Positions 47,919 to 57,433 of a stretch of DNA of 64,000 nucleotides are shown here, piece after piece; within the stretch, counting starts at the first letter, position 1, and every line of letters starts with the position of its first letter. This DNA comes from Clostridia bacterium (GTDB lineage Bacteria > CBDUZB01 > JAGLHV01). Location: positions 2,257-66,256 of the forward strand of contig DAOVVV010000010.1 in NCBI GenBank assembly GCA_030637025.1, written 5' to 3'. The notes beneath the pieces were generated by a model. That model had not been told where the DNA came from and did no database searches. It worked only from the letters and a program-made list of their open reading frames with translations. The position numbers and the translations under genes are program-made.

Positions 47919-48512
47919 ATGAGAAAGAAGTTTTTGATAGCAGCAGCAGTCTTAGTTTTTTCCGCAACTTTTATTTCTTTGGTGAAGACAGGGGTTACGG
48001 CTAAACCAGTGCCGGAACATCGTATGCGAACAAAAGTTATTTTGGAAGGAGAGGAAAGGATGTTTATGGAGTATTTGCGGGAAAAAAATCCTGAAAAGTT
48101 TGAAAAAATGAGGGAATTAAAAACAGAAAGGCCTCATTTGTATTTAGAGATACTCCAACGGGGAATAAAGGAAAAGCATCTTATGAAAAGGCTTAAAAAG
48201 GAAGATCCCGCCCGGTATGAGAGAAAAAAGGAGATATTACAACTTAGAGCTAAAAATTGGCGGTTGGGAAGAGAATATAGAGAATGTGAATCTGATAAAA
48301 GAAAAGAAGAAATAAGAAAAGAGATTAAAGAGTCGTTGGACAGACTTTTTGATTTAAAGCAAGAGGAAAATTATTGTAGAATAACTGAGGTTGAAAAGAA
48401 ATTAAAAAAACTAAAAAAGAGAGGTGAAACCCGAAAGAAAAATAAGGGGAAAATAATTAATCAGCGGTTTAATCGGATAATTAATAAAGCGGAAGATCTG
48501 GGTTGGGAATAA
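47919..48512 (+). CDS. Hypothetical secreted K/E/R-rich coiled-coil protein
   Basis: Signal peptide. Highly charged helical sequence. Lies downstream of the ECF operon and directly after a 50-bp repeat module. Confidence 0.45.
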   Translation: MRKKFLIAAAVLVFSATFISLVKTGVTAKPVPEHRMRTKVILEGEERMFMEYLREKNPEKFEKMRELKTERPHLYLEILQRGIKEKHLMKRLKKEDPARYERKKEILQLRAKNWRLGREYRECESDKRKEEIRKEIKESLDRLFDLKQEENYCRITEVEKKLKKLKKRGETRKKNKGKIINQRFNRIINKAEDLGWE

Positions 48513-48587
48513 GATTGTATGGCCTTGCATAGTTGATTTCATTTGTTAATTTTGTATAATTAAAAGGGTAGGAATGACCCGTCTTAT

Positions 48588-48650
48588 CCGCCTGAGGCGG
48601 AGCGGGCAGGCAAAAAAGGTAAAAAGGCTATTTTGCAGAAGTCTAATTAT
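48588..48650. repeat. ccgcctgaggcgg hairpin plus a 50-bp gene-proximal module copy
   Basis: ccgcctgaggcggagcgggcaggcaaaaaaggtaaaaaggctattttgcagaagtctaa. Confidence 0.75.
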
Positions 48651-48673
48651 TTTATAGGAAAGGAGGGGTTTTT

Positions 48674-48910
48674 ATGAATAAAAACGTTGGATTAAGAAAG
48701 ATTTTTGGTTGGTGGAGCGTAATAATTTGTATTGCAGGATTTATAAGCGGGTGTACTTATTATGTTAAGGCTCCCCCTGCTCCTGCGGTAAAGACAGAAA
48801 TAAGAACGATTAGACCTTATCCCCGGGCTGTATGGGTGCCGGGACGCTGGAAATGGCGGCGGAGAAGAGGAAGGCATGTTTGGATTCCGGGACATTGGAG
48901 AAGAAGATAA
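48674..48910 (+). CDS. Small lipoprotein with WxxGxW-type repeats
   Basis: Lipobox (IAGFISGC). C-terminal repeats WVPGRWKW and WIPGHWRR. Lies directly after a 50-bp repeat module. Confidence 0.5.
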   Translation: MNKNVGLRKIFGWWSVIICIAGFISGCTYYVKAPPAPAVKTEIRTIRPYPRAVWVPGRWKWRRRRGRHVWIPGHWRRR

Positions 48911-48925
48911 ATAAGAGGTAATAAA

Positions 48926-49327
48926 ATGAAAATAAATATAGAAAAAATACAAATAGACGAATTAATCAAACAGGCAAAGCAAGCCAAAAAAAACTCTTAT
49001 TGTCCCTATTCTAAGTTTCCGGTTGGGGCATCGGTATTAACCGCTAAGGGTAAAATTTACCAGGGGTGTAATGTTGAAAATAGTTCTTACGGGTTGACTA
49101 TTTGTGCAGAACGGGCAGCTGTTTTTAATGCCGTAGCCTGTGGCGATAGAGAAATAGTAGTTCTTTGTGTGGTTAGTGATGATTCTAAATGGATAACCCC
49201 TTGCGGTGCTTGTCGCCAGGTAATTTATGAATTTGGAAAGAATGTTTTAGTGATTATGGTTAGAAAAGATGGAAAAATTAAAAAGAAACAAATTTCTTTT
49301 TTATTGCCCGATGCCTTTTCCTTATAA
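48926..49327 (+). CDS. cdd: Cytidine deaminase
   Basis: Zinc-ligand motifs C-AE (…TICAERAAV…) and PCGACRQ. 133 aa, the homotetrameric-class size. Confidence 0.85.
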   Translation: MKINIEKIQIDELIKQAKQAKKNSYCPYSKFPVGASVLTAKGKIYQGCNVENSSYGLTICAERAAVFNAVACGDREIVVLCVVSDDSKWITPCGACRQVIYEFGKNVLVIMVRKDGKIKKKQISFLLPDAFSL

Positions 49328-49338
49328 GTTTGTAAATG

Positions 49339-49386
49339 GAGGGTTGATTATGAAATGATTTTTCATAGGCAGCCCTCTTTTTAATT
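49339..49386 (+). terminator. Rho-independent terminator-like compound hairpin after cdd
   Basis: gaggg…tatgaaa-tgatt-tttcata…ccctc followed by tttttaattt. Confidence 0.5.
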
Positions 49387-49477
49387 TATTAAAATGATTG
49401 ACATTTTTATATGATTTGGATATAATACAGCTATCGAAAGAAGGTAAGATAAATAGGTGTAGAAAGGAGAGAAATTA

Positions 49478-49999
49478 ATGGTAAAAAAGAAAGAGAAAAA
49501 CACGGAAAAAAAGGATAAATCAAAGAAAATAAAAAAAATAAATAAAGGTATAAATAAAGGTATAAATAAAGAAAATAAGGGTAAAAAAGAAAAAGCAAGT
49601 ATAAAAGAAGATATAAAAGAACAAATAAAAGTTGTGGAAAAGAAGCTGAAAGATCCGAAAATGAAAGAAGAATTTAAAAAAATTGTGCAAAGAACCGAAA
49701 AAGGTTTGAAGACTTTCGGATCTAAAATTTTAGAGTTGGCCGAGATAGTAAAAGAAGACACTGTTTATGGTGCGAAGATCGGGAAATTAAAATTAAAAGT
49801 AATGGATCTTGAATCGAAAAGAATGAAGAAATTAAGAATGCTGGGAGAAACTGTATATAAACTTGTACAGGAAGAAAATTTGGATGATCCTAAGGTGACG
49901 GAGTTGTATAATCAAATATTAGTAATAGAGAAAGATATTCGCGGATATCAGGCAGAAATAAAAAAGACAAGCGGAAAATTTAAAAAAGTAAATTTTTAA
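49478..49999 (+). CDS. Hypothetical K-rich protein with an N-terminal low-complexity KKINKGINKGINKENKGKK tract
   Basis: ORF with an RBS (aaaggagag). No motif recognised. Confidence 0.4.
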   Translation: MVKKKEKNTEKKDKSKKIKKINKGINKGINKENKGKKEKASIKEDIKEQIKVVEKKLKDPKMKEEFKKIVQRTEKGLKTFGSKILELAEIVKEDTVYGAKIGKLKLKVMDLESKRMKKLRMLGETVYKLVQEENLDDPKVTELYNQILVIEKDIRGYQAEIKKTSGKFKKVNF

Positions 50000-50028
50000 T
50001 TTTTTTTAAAAATATCTAATATTTTTTG

Positions 50029-50104
50029 GGGGGCGTAGTTCAGCTGGGAGAACGCATCCTCGGCAGGGATGAGGTCACCGGTTCGAGCCCGGTCGCCTCC
50101 ACCA
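50029..50104 (+). tRNA. tRNA-Ala (anticodon GGC), CCA encoded
   Basis: Manually folded cloverleaf: 7-bp acceptor stem with the G3:U70 alanine identity pair, D-arm GTTC/AGCTGGGA/GAAC, anticodon stem CATCC/GGATG with loop TCGGCAG, T-arm ACCGG/TTCGAGC/CCGGT, discriminator A plus CCA. Position 33 appears to be C rather than U. Confidence 0.85.
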
Positions 50105-50128
50105 TAAATATAATACGGATAAACATTA

Positions 50129-50548
50129 ATGAGTGTAATTACCAGGGAATTGTCTTATAATTCAAGAGGAAATACCGATATAATAGAACTTACCGGTGAT
50201 CTGGAAAAATTATTAAGCAAGCAAGAGATAAAGAATGGATTAGTGACTGTTTTTGTGGTTGGCTCTACTGTTGGGATAACCACTATAGAATATGAAAGCG
50301 GGTTAGTGGCAGATTTTCAAAAAATGTTTGAACGAATTATACCGCAAAATATGAGATATGCACATAACGATAAATGGCAGGATGGTAATGGACATGCTCA
50401 TATCCGTGCTTCCTTATTAGGTTCTTCTTGTCTAATTCCTTTAGTTAATAATAAACTTTGTTTGGGTACCTGGCAGCAGGTAATTTTGGTTGATTTTGAT
50501 AACCGTACACGGAGAAGAAAAGTAATTGTTCAGATAATGGGAGAATGA
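50129..50548 (+). CDS. yjbQ: YjbQ/UPF0047-family protein (secondary thiamine-phosphate synthase-like)
   Basis: …TGLVTVFVVGSTVGITTIEYE…HAHIRASLLGSS… matches the YjbQ fold signature. 139 aa. Confidence 0.7.
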   Translation: MSVITRELSYNSRGNTDIIELTGDLEKLLSKQEIKNGLVTVFVVGSTVGITTIEYESGLVADFQKMFERIIPQNMRYAHNDKWQDGNGHAHIRASLLGSSCLIPLVNNKLCLGTWQQVILVDFDNRTRRRKVIVQIMGE

Positions 50549-50694
50549 AAAAAGACAGTTGGAAAAGACAGTTAAAAGACAGTTAAATTGGTTGAATTGG
50601 TTTTATTAGTTTAGATTGGTTCAAAGACAAAAGACAAAAGACAAAGATAAAGACAATCTTTTCCCTCTTTGAAAAAGGGGGTTAGGGGGATTTA
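50549..50694. repeat. Mosaic: a partial 87-bp-family copy, an (AAAGAC)n tract (50623-50656), and the poly-C/G terminator-like hairpin (50658-50694)
   Basis: Read directly. Lies after yjbQ. Confidence 0.8.
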
Positions 50695-50752
50695 TGATTA
50701 TTTATGATACTGCTTGTGAGACAGGCAAATTAAAATGTTTTTGAGTTTATAG

Positions 50753-51319
50753 ATGGATATACGTATAATCGGTGGTATTGCCAGGGGGAGAAAATTAAAA
50801 TCTCCTTCAAGTTTTTCTACAAGGCCTCTTTTAGGAAGGGTTAAAAAATCATTATTTGATATACTTTCTCCGTATATAAAGGATTCTTATTTTTTGGATC
50901 TTTATGGCGGGGTGGGAAGTGTAGGTGTTGAAGCTCTTTCCAGAGGGGCAAGAAAAGCGGTTTTTGTAGAAAACGATTCTGATTGTATAAGCCTGATTAA
51001 GGAAAATTTAGCCAAGTGTGGTTTTGAAGATAAAGCAGAAATTTATCAGGGAGATGTATTAGGGGGATTAGCTTTTCTTTTATCGGAAGAAAAGTTTGAT
51101 TTGGTTTTTGTGGGCCCGCCTTATAATTTAAATCTTTTGGAAAAAACTATAAAAATTATTGATGAAACTAAAATCTTAAAAGGAAAAGGATTAGTAATCG
51201 GACAACATCATTTTAAAGAAGTAATACCTCAAAAAATAGGAAATCTAGGAATGTTTCGCCAGAAAAAATACGGAGACATGAGATTGAGTTTTTTTAAAAT
51301 AGGGGGTAAGCTTGAGTGA
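50753..51319 (+). CDS. rsmD: 16S rRNA (guanine966-N2)-methyltransferase
   Basis: RIIGGIARGRKLKSP…RPLLGRVKKSLFDIL…LDLYGGVGSVGVEALSRGA…VGPPY motifs. Confidence 0.8.
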   Translation: MDIRIIGGIARGRKLKSPSSFSTRPLLGRVKKSLFDILSPYIKDSYFLDLYGGVGSVGVEALSRGARKAVFVENDSDCISLIKENLAKCGFEDKAEIYQGDVLGGLAFLLSEEKFDLVFVGPPYNLNLLEKTIKIIDETKILKGKGLVIGQHHFKEVIPQKIGNLGMFRQKKYGDMRLSFFKIGGKLE

Positions 51320-52152
51320 AAAAAATAATCGTGTTGACTAATCCCCAAAAAAAAGAAGTTAAGAGTATTTTCCCTTCCCTGGTAAATTGGTTGGAAAAGA
51401 AAAAAATAGAGGTTTCAGTAAACCAGACCGGTAAAGAGAATTTTAAAAAAACGGATTTGGTGGTTGTTTTAGGTGGGGATGGAACAATATTAAAAGCAGC
51501 AAGATTGGTGGTGCCTTTTGGGATTCCCGTTCTGGGAATTAATTTGGGAGAATTTGGGTTTTTATCCGGAATAAATGTTAAAAGTCTGTATTCTACCCTG
51601 GAGCGGATTTTAAAGAAGGATTATTATATAGAGGAAAGGATTCTTCTCACTGCTAAGGTAATAGGTCCATTATCCTCTAATAAAAAGAATAACTCGAAGT
51701 TTTTTTTCTTATCTTTAAATGATATAGTCGTTAAAAATGCGAGTTCAGCAAGAGTAATTAAGTTAAAAGTAAAACTGGGAAGTAAACAAATTACCCAATG
51801 GGTGGGAGATGGGTTAATTGTGGCTACTCCCACGGGTTCAACGGCATATTCATTAGCCGCCTTTGGACCCATTGTTTATCCAACTCTGCCGGTGTTAATT
51901 ATTACTCCGATTTGTCCTCATCTTTTATCGTTCAGGTCTTTAGTATTACCGGCCGGTGAATTAATTTCTATTCAAGTGGATTCTGGAAAGAATGTGATGC
52001 TTTCTGTAGATGGCCAGGAAGAAATGAATTTGGGATATAATGATATTATTGAGATAAAACAGGCGAAGAAAAAACTTAAATTGGTTTGTTTATCTGGGAA
52101 TGCGGATTATTTTCAGATTTTAAATAAAAAACTTAAATGGGGAAAAAGGTAA
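51316..52152 (+). CDS. nadK: NAD+ kinase, GTG start overlapping the rsmD stop
   Basis: GGDGT motif (VVLGGDGTILKAA), NDIVV, and DGLIVATPTGSTAYSLAAFGPIV signatures. Confidence 0.85.
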   Translation: MKKIIVLTNPQKKEVKSIFPSLVNWLEKKKIEVSVNQTGKENFKKTDLVVVLGGDGTILKAARLVVPFGIPVLGINLGEFGFLSGINVKSLYSTLERILKKDYYIEERILLTAKVIGPLSSNKKNNSKFFFLSLNDIVVKNASSARVIKLKVKLGSKQITQWVGDGLIVATPTGSTAYSLAAFGPIVYPTLPVLIITPICPHLLSFRSLVLPAGELISIQVDSGKNVMLSVDGQEEMNLGYNDIIEIKQAKKKLKLVCLSGNADYFQILNKKLKWGKR

Positions 52153-52156
52153 AAAA

Positions 52157-52275
52157 ACAGTCCATAGTCCACAGTCGATAGTCCATAGACAAAGACAAAG
52201 AATAAATACTAAATTCGAAAGTCAAATAAAAGACAGTTTAATTGGTTGAATTGGTTTAGATTGGTTCAAAGACAA
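52157..52275. repeat. Mosaic: 'tccatag' unit, (AAAGAC)2, an aaatactaaattc module, and a partial 87-bp-family copy
   Basis: Begins 5 bp after the nadK stop. Confidence 0.8.
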
Positions 52276-52327
52276 AAGATAAAGGTAAAGATAAAAAATT
52301 TAAGATTTAAAATTTGGGAGTTAAAAA

Positions 52328-54001
52328 ATGTTGTTGGAATTGTCAATAAATAATTTTGCTATTATTTCTGATTTACAAATCTCTTTTGACCATGGGTTAA
52401 ATATTCTTACCGGTGAAACCGGTGTGGGTAAATCAATTATTATCGATGCTTTAAATTTAATTCTGGGTGAGAGGGCTTCTTCGGATTTAATTAGAAAGGG
52501 AAGTCAGACCTGTGAAGTGCGTGCGATTTTTAATCTTAAAGAAAACAAAGATTTGAGAGATTTATTAAGAGGTATAATCGGCTCTGATTTCGATGAAAAA
52601 GAAGTTCTTATAAGTAGACAATTAAGCAGGGAAGGAAGGAATCGTTGTTTTGTTAATAGTTATCTTACCAGCTTGTCTGTCTTACAGTTGATAGGAGAAA
52701 AACTGGTCGATGTTCACGGACAACATGAACATCAGATTTTATTAAAGAACAGAGAACAGCTAAATGTTTTAGATAGTTTTGCTAACCTTTTTTCTTTGCG
52801 GGAAAATGTTTCATTTTTGTGTAAACAATATAAAGGGCAAAAAGAAGAAAGAGATAAACTTATAACATCTGAGGAAGAAAGAAAGCGCAAAATTGATTTG
52901 TATCAATATGAGATAGAAGAAATCAATCAGGCAGAACTTGTTTCGGGGGAAGAAAAAGAAATAGAAGAAGAATATCAGGTATTAACTAATGCACAGGAGT
53001 TATCTTCTCTTTACTCGGGTGTTTATGAAAAGTTGTATGAAAAGGAAGAATCTGTTCTTGATATGCTTAAATCTATTCAAAAAAATTTAAAAGTAATTAC
53101 GAGCATTGATGGTGAAGTAGAAGATGTTTTAGAAAACATAAATAATGTTTTTTTTGAATTGGAGGAGATAGGAGAAGATGTTCTTGGATTTAAGGAAAAA
53201 ATCAGGTTTAATTCTCCGCGATTGGAACAAATCTTAGAAAGAAAGGATTTAATTCTTAAATTAAAAAGAAAATACGGAGGTAGCATTGAGAAGATATTGG
53301 AATATAAAGAAAAAATGGAAAAAAGATTAAAACAAGTACTTTCCTATGAAGAGAGTAAAGAAGAAATAGAGAAAGAAATAAAAAAAACAGAACAAGAACT
53401 GGGTAAGTTAGCTAATAATTTGTCCGGGGAAAGACGGAAAACAGCAAAAATTTTGGAAAAAAGAATAAATAATCAGTTGCATTCTTTATCTATGGATAAA
53501 GTAAAATTCGTAATAGGGTGTAAAGACATTGAATTGAATTTTAGTGGTTTAGACCGGATAGAATTTTTAATTTCTTCCAATGTCGGAGAGGATTTAAAGC
53601 CGATTAGTTCAATTGCTTCCGGAGGAGAAATGTCCCGGATTATGCTTGCCTTAAAAACTGTTTTAGCTAAAGCAGATGCTGTTCCCTGTCTTGTATTTGA
53701 TGAAATAGATGCGGGTATTAGCGGGGGAGTGGCAAAAACCATAGGGGAAAAATTAATCGAACTGGCTGATATTCATCAGCTAATTTGTATTACGCACTTG
53801 CCTCAGATAGCCGGTTTTGCCTCTGCACATTTTTATGTAACCAAACAAGTAGAGAAAGGCAGGACTATAACGCTGGTTAAAAAATTAACCGATGAAGAAA
53901 GAATTAATGAGATTGCCCGTATGCTGGGAGGAGACGAAGTTAGTGCTCTTACTTTAAAACATGCTCAGGAAATGGTGAAACAATCAAAAAAATCAAAATA
54001 G
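52328..54001 (+). CDS. recN: DNA repair protein RecN
   Basis: N-terminal Walker A (LTGETGVGKSIIIDAL), long coiled coil, and C-terminal ABC signature/Walker B (…SGGEMSRIMLALK…LVFDEIDAGISG). 557 aa. Confidence 0.85.
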   Translation: MLLELSINNFAIISDLQISFDHGLNILTGETGVGKSIIIDALNLILGERASSDLIRKGSQTCEVRAIFNLKENKDLRDLLRGIIGSDFDEKEVLISRQLSREGRNRCFVNSYLTSLSVLQLIGEKLVDVHGQHEHQILLKNREQLNVLDSFANLFSLRENVSFLCKQYKGQKEERDKLITSEEERKRKIDLYQYEIEEINQAELVSGEEKEIEEEYQVLTNAQELSSLYSGVYEKLYEKEESVLDMLKSIQKNLKVITSIDGEVEDVLENINNVFFELEEIGEDVLGFKEKIRFNSPRLEQILERKDLILKLKRKYGGSIEKILEYKEKMEKRLKQVLSYEESKEEIEKEIKKTEQELGKLANNLSGERRKTAKILEKRINNQLHSLSMDKVKFVIGCKDIELNFSGLDRIEFLISSNVGEDLKPISSIASGGEMSRIMLALKTVLAKADAVPCLVFDEIDAGISGGVAKTIGEKLIELADIHQLICITHLPQIAGFASAHFYVTKQVEKGRTITLVKKLTDEERINEIARMLGGDEVSALTLKHAQEMVKQSKKSK

Positions 54002-54087
54002 TTTCCTGTCACCCTTTCGATGGAAATGTTGGTAAGGGGATTGAAAAGCAGTAATTAAAAAAAATAAAAAGTGAGGTGGGAGCAGTA

Positions 54088-55032
54088 GTGATTGAAATAA
54101 ATAACTTAACTAAGAAGTACGGAGAACAAGCAGCAGTAGATAATATTTCTCTTAAAGTAAACCAGGGAGAGATATTAGGGTTTTTAGGTCCTAACGGTGC
54201 CGGTAAGACGACTACTTTAAGGGTCGTTGCCTGTTATATGCCGGCGACTATGGGTACGGTTTCTGTGATGGGGTATGATGTTTATCAATCTCCTTTGCAA
54301 GTAAGGGAAAAAATCGGTTATTTACCGGAAACCAATCCGCTTTATCCGGAAATGGGAGTAGTGGAATACTTATGTTTTATTGCTAAATTGAGAAATATTC
54401 CTTCGGGTAAAATAAAAGCGAGTGTAAGGGAAGTAATACAACTTTGTGGTTTAGCCGGGGTAATAGGGAAAAACATCGGAGAACTTTCCCGAGGGTTTAA
54501 ACAACGGGTAGGCCTCGCCCAGGCAATTATTCATAATCCTTCCGTGCTTATTCTTGATGAGCCGACTTTAGGGTTAGACCCCAATCAAATCGTTGAAATC
54601 AGGGAATTAATTAAAAAACTGGGAAAAGAAAAAACAGTTATTCTGAGCAGTCATATTTTATCCGAGGTACAGGCAACCTGTGACCGGGTAGTAATTATTA
54701 ATAAAGGAAAAATTGTTGCCGACGGAAAAAAAGAAGAGCTTCAATCGATGGTTCGCGGCGGAGAAAGAATTTATTTGAAATTGAAAGGTAAAGATAAGCA
54801 GGCGGTAACGGATTTTTTTAGCAGCCAGAAAGATATTTTTAATGTATCAATAAAAGAAGAAGAACCGGACAGCATCGAGTATGAACTGGATATTCAGAAA
54901 GGAGTGGATTTAAGGGAAAAAGTTTTTCGTTGGACAGTAAAAAATAAATGGGTAATTCTGGAGATGATACCCGAAAAAGTAAGCCTGGAGGATGTTTTCC
55001 GCAAGTTAACGATAGAGGAGGATAAAGTATAG
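54088..55032 (+). CDS. ABC transporter ATP-binding protein (GldA-like)
   Basis: Walker A GPNGAGKTT, signature LSRGFKQRVGLA, Walker B LILDEPT. GTG at 54088 preferred (gaggtgggagcagta-GTG); the track start is 54076. Confidence 0.85.
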   Translation: MIEINNLTKKYGEQAAVDNISLKVNQGEILGFLGPNGAGKTTTLRVVACYMPATMGTVSVMGYDVYQSPLQVREKIGYLPETNPLYPEMGVVEYLCFIAKLRNIPSGKIKASVREVIQLCGLAGVIGKNIGELSRGFKQRVGLAQAIIHNPSVLILDEPTLGLDPNQIVEIRELIKKLGKEKTVILSSHILSEVQATCDRVVIINKGKIVADGKKEELQSMVRGGERIYLKLKGKDKQAVTDFFSSQKDIFNVSIKEEEPDSIEYELDIQKGVDLREKVFRWTVKNKWVILEMIPEKVSLEDVFRKLTIEEDKV

Positions 55033-55743
55033 ATGAAGAATATAATTACAATTTTCAGCAAGGAGTTTAAAGAATATTTTAATTCTCCTGTTGCTTATAT
55101 AGTAATAATTGTTTTTTTACTTGTTTCCGGATGGTTTTTTCAGGCAACTATGTTTTTGGTTAATCAGGCGACAATAGGGTCTTTTTTGGGTAATGTGCCA
55201 TTGCTTTTTGTTTTTTTTATTCCGGCAATTACTATGCGGCTTTTTAGTGAAGAGATGAAGAGCGGAACAATGGAAATATTAACTACTCTGCCGTTGGAAG
55301 ATTATCAAATCATTTTAGGGAAATATTTAGCTGCCCTGGGTTTGGTTACGGTAGCTATTGGTTTGACTTTAATTCACCCTTTTATTTTAATGTTTTTGGG
55401 TAAGTTGGATTATGGAGAAATAATCGGTTCTTATCTGGGATTATTTCTTATGGGGGCAGCTTTTGTGGCGATAGGGGTTTTTGCTTCTTCCATTACTAAG
55501 AATCAGATAATTTCTTTTATTGTTGCTTTTATTGTTTGTTTTGTTTTTTTTATGTTTAATAAAATATTAAGTCTGGTTCCTTCTTATCTTGTATCTTTAT
55601 TTGAATATTTAAGTATAGAGTACCATTTCAATAATCTTGCCCGGGGGGTCATTGATTCCCGGGATATTATCTATTTTTTTAGTATATGTCTGTTTTTTTA
55701 TAGTATGACGTTGTATTTTGTAGGAAGCAGGAGGTGGAGATAA
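55033..55743 (+). CDS. ABC-2 family permease (GldF-like)
   Basis: Six TM helices. Follows the ATPase immediately. Confidence 0.75.
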   Translation: MKNIITIFSKEFKEYFNSPVAYIVIIVFLLVSGWFFQATMFLVNQATIGSFLGNVPLLFVFFIPAITMRLFSEEMKSGTMEILTTLPLEDYQIILGKYLAALGLVTVAIGLTLIHPFILMFLGKLDYGEIIGSYLGLFLMGAAFVAIGVFASSITKNQIISFIVAFIVCFVFFMFNKILSLVPSYLVSLFEYLSIEYHFNNLARGVIDSRDIIYFFSICLFFYSMTLYFVGSRRWR

Positions 55744-55746
55744 AAA

Positions 55747-57375
55747 ATGAAAAAAGAAAATATTTTTAAATTTAAACAGGGAATTAATTCTGTAATTTCG
55801 GTTTTAATTATTTTAGGCATATTAGTAGTTTTTAATTTTATGATGTACCGGGTTTTTATAAGAATAGATTTGACCGGAGGAAATATTTATTCTCTTTCTA
55901 AATCTACTAAAAAAATGATTAGCAACTTAGATGATCCGGTGATAATTAAGGCTTATTTTAGTCGGAATCTTCCCCCTCCTTATAGTACTAACCGCCAATA
56001 TATAAAGGATATACTTTCGGAATATAAAACTTATTCCAGAGGGAAAATAGATATTCAGTTTATTGACCCGTCGGAAGATGAACAAACACGGACCCAGGCC
56101 CGGATGGCCGGTATAGCTCCGGTAAGAATTACCCAGGTAGAAAGTGATAAATACGAAATGAAAGAAGGGTATATGGGATTAATTTTTCTTTATGAAGACA
56201 AAAAAGAAATAATTCCTTTTATCGGTCAAACCGGAACTCTGGAGTATGATATAACCAGCCGCATTAAAAAAATTACTAAAAGCAGTATGAAATCGGTAGG
56301 TTTTTTTACAGGTGACGGGGGAGCTGATATTTTCGAGCAACTACCCCAAATAAAACAGTTTTTATCCGAGCAATACAGGTTAAGAAGTATTTCTTTTAAG
56401 GAAGATAAAAAAAATCCGCACATAGATGCTTTAATTATACTTTTACCTCAGCAAAAACTGAGTGATTGGGAAAAGTACAAAATTGACCAGCATTTAATGA
56501 TGGGAAAACCGGTTGCTTTTCTTTTAGGTAGAAATGATGTAAACCTGGAAACTTTTCAGGTTAAAACAATAGATGATAATTTAGATGACTTACTTAAACA
56601 TTATGGTGTGGAAATAAGGCCGGGAATGATTTTAGATGCTCAATGTCAGATGATTACTTTGCAGACAAGAAGAGGGCTTTTTACTGTTAATAATATGGTA
56701 AAGTACCCTTTTTTCCCTTTAGTTAGTTCTTTTAAAAAAGATAATTTTATAGTAAAAGGATTGGAAAGAGTTACTTTTCCTTTTATAAACCCAATTAAAA
56801 TAGAAGCAATTTCAGCTGAAAAAGAAAAGGGGACAAAAGGAGAAGATTTAAAAGTAGAGGTTCTTGCTCAATCATCGGAAAAGAGCTGGTATAGAGAAAA
56901 TGTCAGGGATTTGAATCCGTTAAGGCAATATTCTCCATCGCCTGATGACGAAAAAGGCCCTTTTAATTTAGCGGTAACAATAAAGGGTAGTTTTAAAAGT
57001 TTTTATGCGGATAAAGAAATTCCTTCCGGTCCGTCGGAGAATATTTCTGAAAAGAAAGAGGAATTAATAAAACAAAGTCCCTCTACCCGGATTTTAGTAA
57101 TGGGTAATTCAAGATTTATTAGTATAGGTGACCGGGCGGGATTGAATTTCTTTTTGAATATAGTTGATTGGCTGGCTCAGGATGAGGCTTTGATTTCCAT
57201 TCGTTCCAAAGAGGTTGTTTATAGGCCGCTTAAAGAGCTTTCTAAAGGGTGGAGAAGAGTCGTTAAATATGTTGATATATTTCTTGTGCCGGTGATGCTT
57301 ATTATTTTTGGATTGACCTTGTGGCGAATTCGTCGTTTTCGCCGAAAAGGGTTAACTCTGGAAAAAATAGGCTAA
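55747..57375 (+). CDS. GldG-like ABC-transporter auxiliary protein (ABC_transp_aux)
   Basis: N-terminal TM, large periplasmic domain, C-terminal TM (VDIFLVPVMLIIFGLTLW). Conserved position after GldA/GldF homologs. Confidence 0.7.
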   Translation: MKKENIFKFKQGINSVISVLIILGILVVFNFMMYRVFIRIDLTGGNIYSLSKSTKKMISNLDDPVIIKAYFSRNLPPPYSTNRQYIKDILSEYKTYSRGKIDIQFIDPSEDEQTRTQARMAGIAPVRITQVESDKYEMKEGYMGLIFLYEDKKEIIPFIGQTGTLEYDITSRIKKITKSSMKSVGFFTGDGGADIFEQLPQIKQFLSEQYRLRSISFKEDKKNPHIDALIILLPQQKLSDWEKYKIDQHLMMGKPVAFLLGRNDVNLETFQVKTIDDNLDDLLKHYGVEIRPGMILDAQCQMITLQTRRGLFTVNNMVKYPFFPLVSSFKKDNFIVKGLERVTFPFINPIKIEAISAEKEKGTKGEDLKVEVLAQSSEKSWYRENVRDLNPLRQYSPSPDDEKGPFNLAVTIKGSFKSFYADKEIPSGPSENISEKKEELIKQSPSTRILVMGNSRFISIGDRAGLNFFLNIVDWLAQDEALISIRSKEVVYRPLKELSKGWRRVVKYVDIFLVPVMLIIFGLTLWRIRRFRRKGLTLEKIG

Positions 57376-57433
57376 ATAATAGTTGAATTTACAAATTAAA
57401 TTATAAATTTTTAAAAAACGAGGATAAAAAAAG

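Noticed and set aside
49381-49761. 126-aa minus-strand ORF (F/S-rich)
   Set aside because: Antisense of the K-rich gene 49478-49999 (AAA/AAG codons read as TTT/CTT). No RBS.
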